In this document: positions 46,857 to 59,970 of the stretch, piece by piece
Layout: each line of letters begins with the position of its first letter
Numbering within the stretch: position 1 is the stretch's first letter
Notes under the pieces: model-generated
The model's input: only the letters and a program-made list of their open reading frames with translations
Databases searched by the model: none
Told to the model about the DNA's origin: nothing
Origin: Carcharhinus amblyrhynchos
Taxonomy: Eukaryota
Assembly: GCA_965287045.1 (NCBI GenBank)
Contig: OZ336874.1
Span: forward strand, 44,206,001-44,270,000
Direction of reading: 5' to 3'
Length of the DNA: 64,000 nucleotides
Position numbers and translations under genes: made by a program

Positions 46857-48905
46857 AGCGTTAGAACAACAGGATGTCTCCAAACTGGTAGAAAGTAGTC
46901 TGAAGGGAGACTGTGAACAGCCAATGGTTGTGGTATATATTGGTACTAACAACATAGATAGGAAGAACGATGGGCAGCGGTTTAGGGAGTCAGGTAGAAA
47001 GTTAAAAAGCAGGACCTTCAGGGTTGTAATCTCAGGATTACTCCCTGTGCCACATGCACGGAAATAGGAAGATAGCCACATGTTGAGCTGTACTAACAGC
47101 TGGTGTAGGAGGGAGAGTTTCAGATATCTGGACCACTTGGATCTCTTCCAGGGCACGTGGACCTGTACAAGAAGGATGGGTTGCATCTAAACTGGCAGGG
47201 CATAAATATGACAGGAATGTTTGCTAGTGTCACATGGGAGGATTTAAACTAGTTTGGCAGGGGGAAGGGGAGGTGAGAGACCAAAGCAAAGGTGAATTAA
47301 CTGAACGGGAACCAGAGAGTTAGGCCAGTAAGACTCAGAAAGAGCAGGCAGGGTGACGTTGCTAATCAAAGAGAGTCTGGTGGACTGAAGTGCATTTGTT
47401 TCAGTGCGAGAAGTGTAACAGGTAAGGCAGATGAACTTAGAGCTTGGATTAGTACTTGGAACTGTGATGTTGTTATCACAGAGACTTGGTTAAGAGAAGG
47501 ACAGGCTTAACAACTTAACGTTCCAGGATACAGATGTTTCAGGCAGGATAGATGGGGATGTAAAAGGGATGGGGGAATTGCACTACTGGTTAAGGAGAAT
47601 ATCACTGTTGTACTGTCGGAGGACACCTCGGAGGGCTTATACAGTGAGGCCAATATGGGTAGAGGTCAGGAATAGGAAGTGCGTATTCACAATGTTGGGT
47701 GTTTACTATAGACCACCCAACAGACTTTGGCGCGATGTAAAATAAGGTTGTTGTAGTGGGAGGTTTTAACTTTCCCTATATATTGTTTGGGACTCAGTGC
47801 TAGGGTCGTGGATGAGGCAGGGTTTGTAAGGACCATCCAGGAGGGCTTCTTGAAACAGTATGTAGGTAGTCCAACTAGGGAAGGGGCCATACTGGACCTG
47901 ATATTGGGAAATGAGCCTAGTCAGGTCATCAACGTTTCAGTAGGGGAGCAGTTTGGGAACAGTGACCAGAATTCAGTAAGCTTTAAGGTACTGATGGATA
48001 AAGATAAGTGTAGTTCTCAAGTTAAGAAGCTAAATTGGGGGAAGGCTAATTATAACAACATTAGACAGGAACTGAAGAATGTAGATTGGGAGCAGATGTT
48101 TGAGGGCAAATCAACATCTGGCATATGGGAGGCTTTCAAGTGTAAGCTAATAGGGATTCAGGACTGGCACATTAAGGATGAAGGATAAGTACGGCAAATT
48201 TTGGGAACCTTCGATAATGAGAGGTATTGCGAGCCTAGTCAAAGAGAAAAAGGATGCATTTTTCAAGGCTAGGCGGCTGAGAACACATGAAGCAAGGAAA
48301 GTAGAAAGAAAATTAAACAAGGAGTAAGAAGGGCTAAAAGGGTCACGAAAAGTCAGTGGCCAGCAGGATTAAGGAAAATCCTAAGGCTTTTTATACATCT
48401 ATAAAGAGCAAGAGGGTAGCCAGTGAGAGGATTGGCCCACTCGAAGGACAGGGGAGGGAATCTATGCGTAGAGCCAGAGGATATGGGCGAGGTAATAAAT
48501 TAGTACTTTGCGTCAATATTCATCAACAAGAAGGACTTGGTGGATGATGAGTCTGGAAAAGGATGTGTAGATCGTTTGAGCGTTAGAACAACAGGATGTC
48601 TCCAAACTGGTAGGAAATAGTCTGAAGGGAGACAGTGAACAGCCAATGGTTGTGGTACATATTGGTACTAACAACATAGGTAGGAAGAACGATGGGCAGC
48701 GGTTTAGGGAGTTAGGTAGAAAGTTATAAAGCAGGACCTTCAGGGTTGTAATCTCAGGATTACTCCCTGTGCCACATGCACAGAAATAGGAAGATAGCCA
48801 CATGTTGAGCTGTACTAACAGCTGGTGTAGGAGGGAGGGTTTCAGATATCTGGACCACTTGGATCTCTTCCAGGGCACGTGGACCTGTACGAGAAGGATG
48901 GGTTG
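46857..48905 (+). mobile_element. CR1 fragment (ORF1 SGNH-esterase end and ORF2 AP-endonuclease) bracketed by a 327-bp direct repeat
   Basis: VVYIGTNN..VVISGLLPVP esterase motifs; ITETWL, YYRPP and PTREGAILDLILGNE endonuclease motifs; repeats at 46857-47183 and 48579-48905. Confidence 0.85.
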
Positions 48906-48975
48906 AATTTGATGGTGGAATTTGATCCTGGGTCCTCAGAGCATTATCCCGAGTCTCTGGATTACTTGTCCAACG

Positions 48976-49088
48976 TGGAGATGTCAGCGTTGGACTGGGG
49001 TAAACACAGTAAGAAGTCTCACAACACCAGGTTAAAGTCCAACAGATTTATTTGATAGTAAATCAAATGGCGTTGAGACTTCTTACTG
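48976..49088. mobile_element. Short palindromic interspersed repeat, copy 3 (internally deleted)
   Basis: tggagatgtcagcgttggactggggtaaacacagtaagaagtctcacaacaccaggttaaagtccaacag...ttgagacttcttactg. Confidence 0.7.
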
Positions 49089-49570
49089 AGTTTACTTACC
49101 CAATGACAATACCACTGTGCCGCTAAATTCCTGTAAAGTCATATAACATTCCAAATTAGAAATACAGTTCCTCTGTGAATTATGCCAAAACTCATCAACA
49201 CTATGGATGTAAACTCACCAGATGGACTCTGCATATTCAAAATGATCACCACCATCTTTGCAACTAGGGATGGAATGTAAATACTGGGACTTGCTAGTGT
49301 TGCCAAAGTCCAAGGAGAAAAAGGCTATACACTCAAATGGGTGAAAGATCCAGACAGAAGCATGGTCACTGGCCTCTTCTTAAAAAATATTTTACTCTAT
49401 TCTTAAAGTTACAAATGTTCAATGGACTATGTAAACCTGAATCCACTCCTTGCTTGCTCCAAAATACAAATTCACATTCTAATTGAATCAACTTCATTGT
49501 CCCCACAGGAGAGATAAAAAGATCCAAGCTGACAAAATAAGGTATTGTACCCTGTCTTTGGCTTGATCCA

Positions 49571-49604
49571 ACACTTTATCTTACCCAAAAGACCGAAAAG
49601 CAAT
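49571..49604 (-). pseudogene. U2 snRNA 5' fragment (about nt 1-34), head of a repeat
   Basis: Reverse strand attgcttttcggtcttttgggtaagataaagtgt is colinear with the U2 5' end (5 mismatches). Confidence 0.7.
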
Positions 49605-50324
49605 AGCTGCAACAATTCTTGGCATCTGAAGTTGGATTCTACCACATTTGACTCTACATGCAAGGACTATGCATGCTGTTCACGAGTGAGGTATTTCCTT
49701 AACTTTAGCAACGAAGCCAGTCATTATCAAGGTGTGGGTAGATGCCAAATTCAAGTTTTTGACAATATCCTCTTTGGTACCTTACTGGATTTGACTTGAT
49801 ATCTTAAATGGACATACTAGGTTTTTTTTATAATATTGATTGATTTGGAAATAGTTCAAAGGCCAGTGTTAATTGCCCATTTCCATACCTTTGAGCAAGT
49901 AGTGGTGAACCACTTGAATTCTGTAGTCCACGTATTGGTACACCAATATGTAATTTGCATATTTGAGGTGACAGATGAGCTGCTGATCAAGTAACTGTTT
50001 TGTCTATCTTCTGAGTTGTTGCAGCTGCATTCATCCAACACACAGAATATTCCATTATACTCACCACTTTGTGTCTTCTAGGTGGTGGAGGTGCTTTGAG
50101 GAATCAGGTGCGTCACTAGCCACAGAATATTTGGCCTTGGAAAGCTACCATAGTTTGTTCAGTTTAATTCCTGGTCAATAGCAACCCATAAATATTGATG
50201 GGTTATTTGCCAATTGCAACATCATTGAGAAGCAGGGTAGGTGGTTAGACTCTCTCTTATTGAATATAGTTATCTACTGCTTATCAGCTAACTCCTGGAG
50301 ATTGCCAGGTCTTGTTTCTGTGAG

Positions 50325-51010
50325 GAAGGTAGTGGCTTAATGGCATTGTTGCTGGACTAGTAATCCAGAGACCCAGGTATTCCTCTGGCGTTTGAATCCC
50401 ACCACGCAGACTCCATAAAAACTTGACGTAAACTCAAAAAACATCTTGAATGAAAAGTCGTGATGACCATGAAACCATTATTAGTCATCATAAAAACCCA
50501 ACTGGTTCACTAATGACCTTTTGGGAAGAAAACCTACCGTTCTAACCTGGTCTGGCCTCCATGTGACTTCAGACCCACAGCAATGTGGTTGACTCAGATA
50601 CCCTCTGAAATGGTCCATCAAGCCACTCAGTTGTATTCAACTGCTACAAATGAAACTAAATGGAATGTAACCGGATGGCCCACACAGCATCGACTTAGGC
50701 ACTAGAAACAACCCGCTAAGTTCTCCTTACTAATGTCCAGGGGCCTGTGCCAAAATTGGGAGAAATGTCTCTCAGACTAGTCAAGCAACAACCCGACACA
50801 GTTAAACTCAGTATCATATCTTACAGATAACGTTCTAGATATCACCATTCCGGGGCATATCCTGTCTCACCAACAGGACAGACCCAGCAGAGATAGCAGC
50901 AGTGGTACTCTCCACCTGCATGGATGAGTGCTGGTCCAACAACACTCAAGAAGTTCAACATTATCCAGGATAAAGCAGCCCACTTGATTGACATCCCATC
51001 CAAAGCCAGC
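50325..51010 (+). mobile_element. 5' portion of a retroelement with a tRNA-like head
   Basis: tttgaatcccacca B-box-like motif; downstream similarity to the reverse complement of 46560-46760. Confidence 0.5.
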
Positions 51011-51709
51011 CTTTTAATTGCAGCCACCAGGAAATTGCGGTGGTCCTGTTGACTGCCTGCATGGGTTTGGAACCTGCATATGGTCCGAATGTCATATCTC
51101 ACTGTACTCTGGGAAAATCCTGGCTGAAATCTCAACCAAGGTATTCTCTGAAAATTCTGGAGGAGATAGTAGGCAGTCACTGAAGATGGTAATACCAGGT
51201 TCCACCAGCCAGAATAAGCAACTGGATATCGGTGAAGGAAAAGGCTTAATGACATTTCATGATGTGTTTAATTTGTGCCGACATTCTGCTATCTTGTGAG
51301 ATTGATGAAAAAGTCTAAAATTAAATGTACTCAATTCAGATATGATCAACTTTCCACACTGCAGTATGTTGTACAATATAGAACCCCAACCAACAATATA
51401 AAATATACAGGGCAAACAAGTGTTTGATACAGGCAGGATGGGTGGGATGGGAGGGTCCTTGAATAATGAGGAATATTATTCCTGGAATTATTTCCTCTGA
51501 TTATCTGGATTTATGAAATTAAAAAAAGAAATTGCATTTATGTGCAAAACATACTTTCATCATGTGGATACACATTATATGACATTAACACCTTTGACAG
51601 GACACAGTCTTGTGCAATACATTTTCAGGGTCCACTTTTCTTCAAAGTTATTATCCCAAAACAGTAGTGACCTTTTTAAAAAGTCAAGTTAAAAATGTAA
51701 AGAAAGGAT

Positions 51710-53064
51710 GCATGGAATTATGTGGATTTATTATATTTTATTGGCAAGTTTAAAATACAGGTTTCTCTGACATATTCATAGATCAAAACTTTCACAAGCA
51801 ATTACAATTATGAGGAAACACAAGGAAATCAATTACAAATTAAAATTATAACCACAAATTGAATTAAAATTATTTAAAAATCCCAAAAATGAACCATCAC
51901 CCCTCATGCAATCAAGCTACATTTAATTTTAGCATCTCCGGGGTTTCTTCCTAAATAACTGTCAAAAGAAGCTTGGATTTTCTGAAAGAAGGTCTTTGAG
52001 TTCAAGTGGAAAGTCATTTGCTCTGTCATATTTTTGCTCGCAACAAGTTAGTTCAGCATTTGAAGAACTGAGGGAGTGGAATCAACACATTCGAATCTCA
52101 AGTAAAAGCATCAATAAACAACTTAAGACCAGAATGTTTTCTATAATTAAGCATATGCTACAGATAAATATCACGTTTAAGAAAACATGGTATTTCATCA
52201 CCTCCCACATAACAGAACTTCACAAAGCTATTCAGATGACAGAATGTTGTTTAATTGCCATCCATTTCCACAAACGTCAAATCAACTTGGTACACCGTAC
52301 TCTCATCTGTGCAATCTTTTTTACACAAGGTCTAAAAGTAATTCACAAATCACAAAATACAGTTTTACAATTCTTTCAAGAGATGACCTTTAACTAACCT
52401 TGACCTCAATTGTGGCAATATAAATAACATTTCAGGGTTCCCCATGAAGTATCCTAACCTTGCTAAATTCCTAATTAGTGCTTAAATAAACACAGACAAA
52501 AAACTTCACTCTTTACAACTGAATTAGATTTTATTTGCCTTGGGCAATCAGATACACCAAAGACATTGTGCAAAGAAAGCAAGAATTAAGTACACTTAAG
52601 GAAAAGCTTATTACCAGCACTGGTTGCAAAACAATATTTTCAAAACAAATTGAACTAAAAGGGGATGTGCATAATGATACAAATTTTCCACTTGAATTAT
52701 ATTTGTCAGGATTTAAAGCTGTGGAGACACTGACGTTTAGGAACACAAAAAAAGCTATGTTTTAATGTATATATAAACTGATACAATTCAAAAGCATTTT
52801 ATTCAATTTGACAAGCATAAAGCAAATATATGATGATGCAAACAGATGAATACTTAGGAAATGATTTTACTGCAGTCATGCCTACATAAAACTAAACTAA
52901 AGATTATACTGTTCTACTAACAGATTTACTTTCAGATAAAGGACAAGCTGGGGGGAAGGGTAAAGGAGGGGAGGAGGAATTATGGATAGCTGTGCAACAA
53001 AACAGTTGATAAAGTTACGGAAACAAGGACTTGTCCGTGAAGCAATTCACATTTTTTTTATAAA
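51710..53064 (-). other. SMARCA2: SMARCA2 3' UTR with several candidate polyA signals
   Basis: AT-rich stretch without recognisable repeats after the stop; minus-strand AATAAA at 52798-52803, 52530-52535, 51737-51742 and 51727-51732. Confidence 0.55.
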
Positions 53065-53100
53065 TCATTCATCTTCACTTCCACTGATATCAGATTGGTC
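53065..53100 (-). CDS. SMARCA2: SMARCA2 last coding exon (DQSDISGSEDE*)
   Basis: Polypyrimidine tract plus CAG acceptor at 53101-53103, phase 0, TGA at 53065-53067; resembles the SMARCA2/4 terminal peptide. Confidence 0.82.
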   Translation of the reverse strand, partial: DQSDISGSEDE

Positions 53101-53913
53101 CTGGAAAGGAAAGAAAATCAACAATTTAGTTTAAATTTGACACAGCATTTTCATAAGAGATTATGACACATTTTTAAATCAGGAGCAAGACCTCAATTGC
53201 AGCTTCATATCAGTTTTGGCAGCTTGATGTTGATACATTTGGCAAAATCTCCAGTTTATTTCTAAAAAAAATGCAGATTAATTCTTGTGAAATATCACAT
53301 CCAGAACAACTGCTTCCATATCCTTTAAAAGCAGTTTCTTTGGCATTACAATTTTCAAATTTAAAACTAAATAATGCACAAAATATGTACAACATTTGAG
53401 TTGGGTGTCTTCCATATATAGTATCACAGACATTTAATACACATACAGTTGATTTGGCAAAATGGATATTTCAGGAAACATTTGCATTCCACATAATCTT
53501 TGGTGGGCACTGAATCATTCCTGATGTCAAGTCACAGCCAAAGTTAAAACTTGAAAGGAATGAGATGTCAGGATTCATTTCATGCTGTTTCATCTGAGGA
53601 AATCAAATTACTGATAACATAAATCCCTGGTATTGGTACTTCAGAGCTAGAAGGAAAATAAGCTGTTTTGAAAATGAACCATCTTGCAGAAGATGACAAT
53701 ATAGGAACCTCTGATCTTATTTGGACAGTTCTGCTGGAACTTATTTTCATAGCTCTCAGATGCATGACTATCCCTAATATTTATCAGATTTCTTTATATC
53801 TCAAAATTAGTTTTCTACCATAAATCCTCAAATAGACAGCATTCAAACAATTTAAAACAAAAACATTTAGTCGAATGCAAAGGAAACTGGTGCATTAACA
53901 AGTGCATTTTTAA

Positions 53914-54110
53914 ATCATAGAATCCCTACAGTGCAGAAGGGCCCCATCAAGTCTGCACTGATTCTCCAGCAGAGCATCTTACCCATGCTCTATCCCCCTA
54001 AACCCCATAACTTACACATTTTCGGACACGAAGGGAAAATTTAACATGGCCAATCAACCTAACCTGCACATCTTTGGACTGTGGAGGGAACCAGAGCATC
54101 TGGAGGAAAT

Positions 54111-54142
<32 letters not shown>

Positions 54143-54208
54143 CAGGAGAATTTGCAAACTCCACACAGAATCTGGATCCCTGGTGCTGAGGCACCATTGT
54201 GCCACTGT
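53914..54208 (-). mobile_element. tRNA-derived SINE with internal (CA)n expansion at 54111-54137
   Basis: Same family as 23517-23820; ggccaatcaacctaa..ctgcacatctttggact is shared. Confidence 0.78.
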
Positions 54209-54479
54209 GCAAGTTGTAATTAATGTGTTTAAGGTTAAAATTTGTTGTAAAGATCTGAAATGTTGCTGTCCTCCATTGAAAATGATATGGATAGTAAAAG
54301 ATGAGCAAGCAAGAATTGCCAACATTTACACAGAACAGTATTTATATTTGAATCTACACAAAAAGTGATTTTGATGTAATATTTACAAACATCTTAATAA
54401 TAATTTTCTAAAAAGACCTTGTCCTAGACTTTACTAAACTGAACTCCAGGAGGTGAGGTGAGCTGAGAAGGACTACTCT

Positions 54480-55440
54480 GGACACTGGCGAAACTGGAGA
54501 CAATGTGAATCAGGGGAGGGATGGGACTGTCCGCTGGTTGGAGTTATATCTGGCACCAAGTAGATGGCTGTGGTTGCTAGAGGTCAGTCACCTCAGTTCC
54601 AGGACATTACTGCAGGAGTTGGGATGTTCGTTGATGATTACAATGTTCAGCACCAATTGTGATTCCTCCAATATATATACCCAAATGCAAGACTTGGACA
54701 CTATCCAGTCTTAGGCTAACAAGTGGCAAGTATTGTTCACACCACACAAATGGCAGGCAATGACCATCTCCACCAAGAGAGAATCTACCCATCTCCCCAT
54801 GACATTCAATGGCATTGCTTCACTGAATCACTCACTATCAACATCCTGGGATTTACCATTGACCAGAAACTGAACTGGACTAGCTGGACAAGTACTGTGG
54901 CTACAAGAGCAGGTCAAAGGCTAGTAACTCACCTCCTGACTCCACAAACCTGTCCACCATCTACAAGGCACAAGTCAGGAGTGTAATGGGATACTCTCCA
55001 CCTGCCTGGGTGAGTGCAGCTCCAATAATTCGCAAGGAAGCCAGCATCATCTTGGATAAAACAGCCTGCTTGATTGGCACTCCATCCACAAACACTCACT
55101 GCCTCCCACCCCTAATGCACTGTGGCAGCAGTGTGTAGCATCTACAAAATGGACTACAGGAATTCACCAAGGCTCCAGAGACAACACTTTCCAAATCCGT
55201 GACAGCTACCATCTAAAGTACAAGGGAATACCACCACCTGGAGTCCCCTTCCAGGCCAATCACCATCCAGATTTGGAACTATACGACCTACTGATGCTGG
55301 GTCAAAATACTGGAACTTCCTCTCTAACAGCACTGTGAGTGTACCTTTACCACATAGACTGCAGCAGCTCAAGAAAGCTGCTCACCACTGGCACCGATGG
55401 CAATTAGGGATGAGCAATGCCCACATCCCATAAACAAATA
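54480..55440 (+). mobile_element. LINE ORF2 3' end
   Basis: INILGFTIDQKLNWT..VATRAGQRL motif; A-rich end. Confidence 0.7.
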
Positions 55441-56049
55441 AAGAAGCGTTTCTGCTACTCAGATGTGTTTGGTCCCGTTTCGGTCTTCAGGTATTTGGGG
55501 TAGGATAGGTTGGGTCTTGGTGTGAAGTAATGCAGTGAGAGGCAGCTTCCTTGTTTGTTTTTTGGTTTTGAAACAGTAGTTTATTCAAATTTCTGAGAAT
55601 GAGACTGATGACCCAAACATTTAAGTCATTCATATTTTAAGTGGTTATTCTGCCACCAATTGTAATCCTGGACGTTAAACAAAAATTTGCTCAAGTCAAG
55701 CACTGCTATGGCAGCAATGTTGAGTGCAATTTGCATTTAATTACATCTGGCCATATGACGGTGGTTATAGTTTATGTTGCTCTTCCCATCACTTCCAGTC
55801 AAAGCAAGGAGATGGGGGAGAATTTGACATGCACTGTTCTGGGCTTAACATCAGCAGAAAATTTAAACCTGTTCTGTGCATTTAAAACAGCTGGCTCTGG
55901 TACAACACTAATCCAGAGGAAATGACCGATGGTGAAAGGGAATCATCCAAATGTGATTGTAGATTGGGAGCAGTCAGACAAGCAGGAGATTCTGGCAACG
56001 GGGAGGTGTGTTCAGAGTCCACTGTTTTTAAATTTATTTACAGTTTAAA

Positions 56050-57050
56050 ACATGTCAGAACAAGAAGAAATGTGTAGATAATGGACTGTGTTCACATCTG
56101 TCCTGTTATCCTTGTTCTTCTGGTTAGTATAAGTCACAGGTTCGGAAAGTGGAACCCCGGTGAGTTGCTGCACTGCATAATAGCAATGTACACCATTGTC
56201 ACTGTGCAGCTGTGATGGTAGTAGTGATTGTTCAAGGTGGTGGATGGGGCACCAATCCAGGCTGTTCCTTTGCTCTGGATGGTTTCAAATTTATCAAAGT
56301 AATGTTGGCGTTGTATTCATCTAGTTAAGTAGAGAATATTTACTGCAGTTTTGACTTTTGTATTGTGGAAAGTCTTGGGGAAAGTCAGAAAGCAAGTTAC
56401 CCACTGCAGGATTCCCAGCCTTTAACCTGCTCACATAACCACAGAATTTATATGGCTTGTCTAGTAAAGTTACTGGCCAATGGTAATCCACAAATTGTGG
56501 ATGGTGGGGGATTCAGCAATGGTAATGCCATCGGATGTCAAGAGGAGATAATTATATTTTCTCTTGTTGGAGAGGATGACTGGCACTACTGTGACCCAAA
56601 TATTACTTATCAATTATCAGCCCAATTTTGAATGTTGTCCAGGTGTTGCTATATGCAGGCGTGCACTGTTTCAGTAGCTGAGGAATTGCAAATGGTACTG
56701 AACACTGTGCAATCATCAGAAGGCTTCCACATTTCTGATTATGTTGGAGGGAAGGCCACTGAGGAAGCAGCTAAAGATGGTTGGGCCTCCAACAACCTCA
56801 GCCATCTTCATTTGTGCTAAAAATGACCAATTAGTAGGAAATCAGGAATAAAATTCTTAATCTAGCTAGTGCTTTTTGATGTCACACTCAGTCAAATGTC
56901 ACCTTAATGTTAAGGATAGTTTACTTAACTCGCCTCTGGAATTCAGTTCTCTAATTCACATTTGGACCAAGGCTGGAGCTGAATGGCCTGGTGGCATCAG
57001 AGTGCATATTATTGCTGAGTAAGCGCTGCTGTCAACACCACCTTACCTGA
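56050..57050 (-). mobile_element. Decayed LINE ORF2 fragment
   Basis: Reverse-complement similarity to 54480-55440. Confidence 0.6.
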
Positions 57051-57499
57051 AAGGCTTACAAGTATTCAAACAGACTAAGTAAATTCAGGGAGTAACCTCA
57101 ACAATGGATGAACCTGTAGAACATCTTATTATCTTTTTTCACATATACATAAAGAAAACATGTTGGCATAGGGGGAAGGGGAGCTAACAGTTATTTCTCA
57201 ATGAATCACATGAATAGGGTAAACTAGAAAATAAGAGCATTAGAAGTAGAGGAACAGCCATAAAATCAAATTCTTGATTAACTAATATTATCAAGAAGTG
57301 CAACAATCAGGAAAATTATTTCTGCTACACCATGGAAATGATCTAAAAAGTCACAAAAAGAAACTGCTCTAATTTGAATTCAAAGCCTCACAATGGCTCA
57401 AAGTGACATAACCAAGCTACATACCAGTTTCAAACTGAAGATTTTTGTATTCAAAATTGTTCTTCATGCAATAGTAAATCATCTTAATTAAAAACTTAC

Positions 57500-57645
57500 A
57501 TTGTCATCTTGGTCATCATCACTGTCATCATCACTAATGACGGGTTTGATTTTAGCACGACTTAGCCTCTTCTTGCTTTTTCCTTTCTCACGACTTTTGT
57601 CACTATCCTTTCGACCAAGCTTTATTTTAACTTTGACTGATTTTG
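57500..57645 (-). CDS. SMARCA2: SMARCA2 (BRM, SWI/SNF ATPase) penultimate coding exon
   Basis: [49 protein letters not shown] matches the SMARCA2/4 C-terminal tail; AKSVKVKIK and KGK.KKR favour SMARCA2; cag/gtaagt; 146 nt. Confidence 0.85.
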
Positions 57646-58879
57646 CTGCAAGTCATACACAAGAAAGTATTTTACTTTTGAAATTCTATTTGCTGAACAT
57701 GTGATTGTGTGGAAACATTATTATAAACATAAAAGAATAGATTGTGTGTGTGTTACAAAGCTGTAAAGCATTCAGAGCTTTGATAATAGTATTAATTTGT
57801 ATGCTGTGTAAGTCAACTTTTCTTTAAGAAACTAGTTATTGATCACAACTGCATTATTTTGCCATATAGTTCTAAATCAGATAGTAAGGGTGTTTTACTA
57901 CCCTGGAGCACTTTCGGATACTGGCATGTGATTTCTAGGACAATACATATCGTTATTGTAATCAAATCTCCCTTTCTGCCTATTTTAACTGAAAAGAATC
58001 CAAATTGCCAACTAATAAAACTAAAACATACTGATGACATTTCCTTGGATGAGAGAGAAATCAGATCAGATTATAGTGGAATAAAAAAATAATTGGAGTC
58101 TGTTCAAAGTGATGCCAAGAAACAGCAGAATGGGCTAAAGTCATTGAAATGGAGTGACCAAGATGGAAACTTCTTACGGGGCAACGCCTTAAGCAATATT
58201 TTCTTGTTTAATAACATTTCTACTGTCAAGAACCAAAATGATTTTCTTTATTGAGCTGAAACTACTTGCTAAGTAAAATGACTGGACAGGAGACACTATG
58301 ACCAAGACCATTTTTTGATAACTGGTCAGTTTGAGAGCAGAAATCATGGGATGTGCTTTCAGAAAAAGATGTCTCCAGGCCAGTCAGAATAATAGATGCA
58401 GAAAGAGGATGACCCTGAGGAGGCTCTTTCTTTTTTAAGCCTGTATACTGCCTGTTGTTTCACCAGTCATACTCTACAGCTAGCGTCAAAAATGTCAGCA
58501 AATGCTGCTGACTCCAGGCGACCAACTAGAAACCTGTTGGTGCGTCTCCTTTGCAGTCACAACACAAATGGTTAGAAAGTCACTCAGTATTCTACCTTTT
58601 TAAAAAATCTGATGTGGTCAAACTAAAAGGAGGGGAGCCCTTCTATGAATTCTCACCTGACCATAATAGTACCCACATGTATAAAGTTGAATATAATTCA
58701 ACTCTTCAAGATAAGTAGTTCAACTTTTACCTCATTTTGTTTTTTGGACTAAATTCTGTCCTTTTGCATTAATATATATCAAAAAATATTTACAATTTTT
58801 GATCAAGAACTTGTGCAAAATGCAGAACTGGAACCAAATAGGATGCAAGGTTTAGTCTATTAGCTTTAAGCCTCCTAGC

Positions 58880-59970
58880 CAGGGTGAGGTATCTAATGGA
58901 CACAAAATTGGCTTCTTGACAGAAGCCAGAGGGTGGTTATACAGAGTTGTTCTTCAAACTGGAGGCTTGTGACCAGCGGTGAGCCTCCGGGATCAGTGGT
59001 GGGCCCGTTGTTATTGTCGTTTATATTAACGATTTGAATGAGAACATAGAGGGCACAGTTAGCAAGTTTGCAGATGACACCAATCATTAGACAGTGAAGA
59101 AAGTTATCTCCAATTGCAACGGGATCTCGGTCAATTGGGCTAGTGGGCTGACAAATGGCAGATGGAGTTTAATTTAGACAAATGTGAGGTGATGCATTTT
59201 GGTAGATTAAACCAGGACAGGACTTACTCAGTTAATGGTAGAGCACTGGGGAAGAGTTACAGAACAAAGAGATCCAGGGGTACACGTTCATCGCTCTTTG
59301 AAAGTGGAGTCACAGGTGGACAGAGTGGTGAAGGTGGTATTTGGCATGCTTGGTTTCATCGGTCAGAACATTGACTACACGGGTTGGGACGTCTTGTTCA
59401 AGTTGTACAAGACATTGGTAAGGCCACGCTTGCACACAGTATTCCAATTCTGGTCACCCTATTATAGAAAGGATATTATTAAACTAGAAAGAGTGCAGAA
59501 AAGATTTACTAGGATGCTATTGGGACTTGATGGATTGAGGTATAAGGAAAGGCTGAATAGATTGGGACTTTTTTTCTCTGGAACGTAGGAGGCTGAGGGG
59601 TGACCTTATAGAGGTTTATAAAATAATGAGGGGCATAGATAAGGTAGATAGTCAATATCTTTTCCCAAAAGTAGGGGAATCTAAAACTAGAGGGCATAGG
59701 TTTAAGGTGGGAGGGGAGAAATACAAAAATGTCTAGAGGGGCAACTTTTTCACAGAGGGTGGTGAATATCTGGAACAAGCTGCCAGAGGTAGTAGTAGAG
59801 GCGGGTATAATTTTATTTTTTAAAAAACATTTACATAGGTACAGTGGATTTTGAGGGATATGGGCCAAATGCGGGCAATTGGGATTAGCTCAGGGATTTA
59901 AAAAAAAAAGGGCAGCATGGACAAGTTGGGTCAAAGTGCCTGTTTCCATGCTGTAAACCTCTATGACTCT
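58880..59970 (+). mobile_element. CR1 (HER1-like) LINE, 5'-truncated, RT C-terminus and 3' UTR
   Basis: SKFADDT, WQMEFNLDKCEVMHFG, LYKTLVRP..QFWSPYYRKDIIKLERVQKRFTRML; tail ctctatgactct. Confidence 0.9.

Noticed and set aside
46857-48905. LTR retrotransposon
   Set aside because: The direct repeats are CR1 ORF1 coding sequence, with no TG..CA ends, PBS/PPT or gag/integrase
59162-59868. ORFs as an active reverse transcriptase
   Set aside because: 5'-truncated, frameshifted CR1 copy
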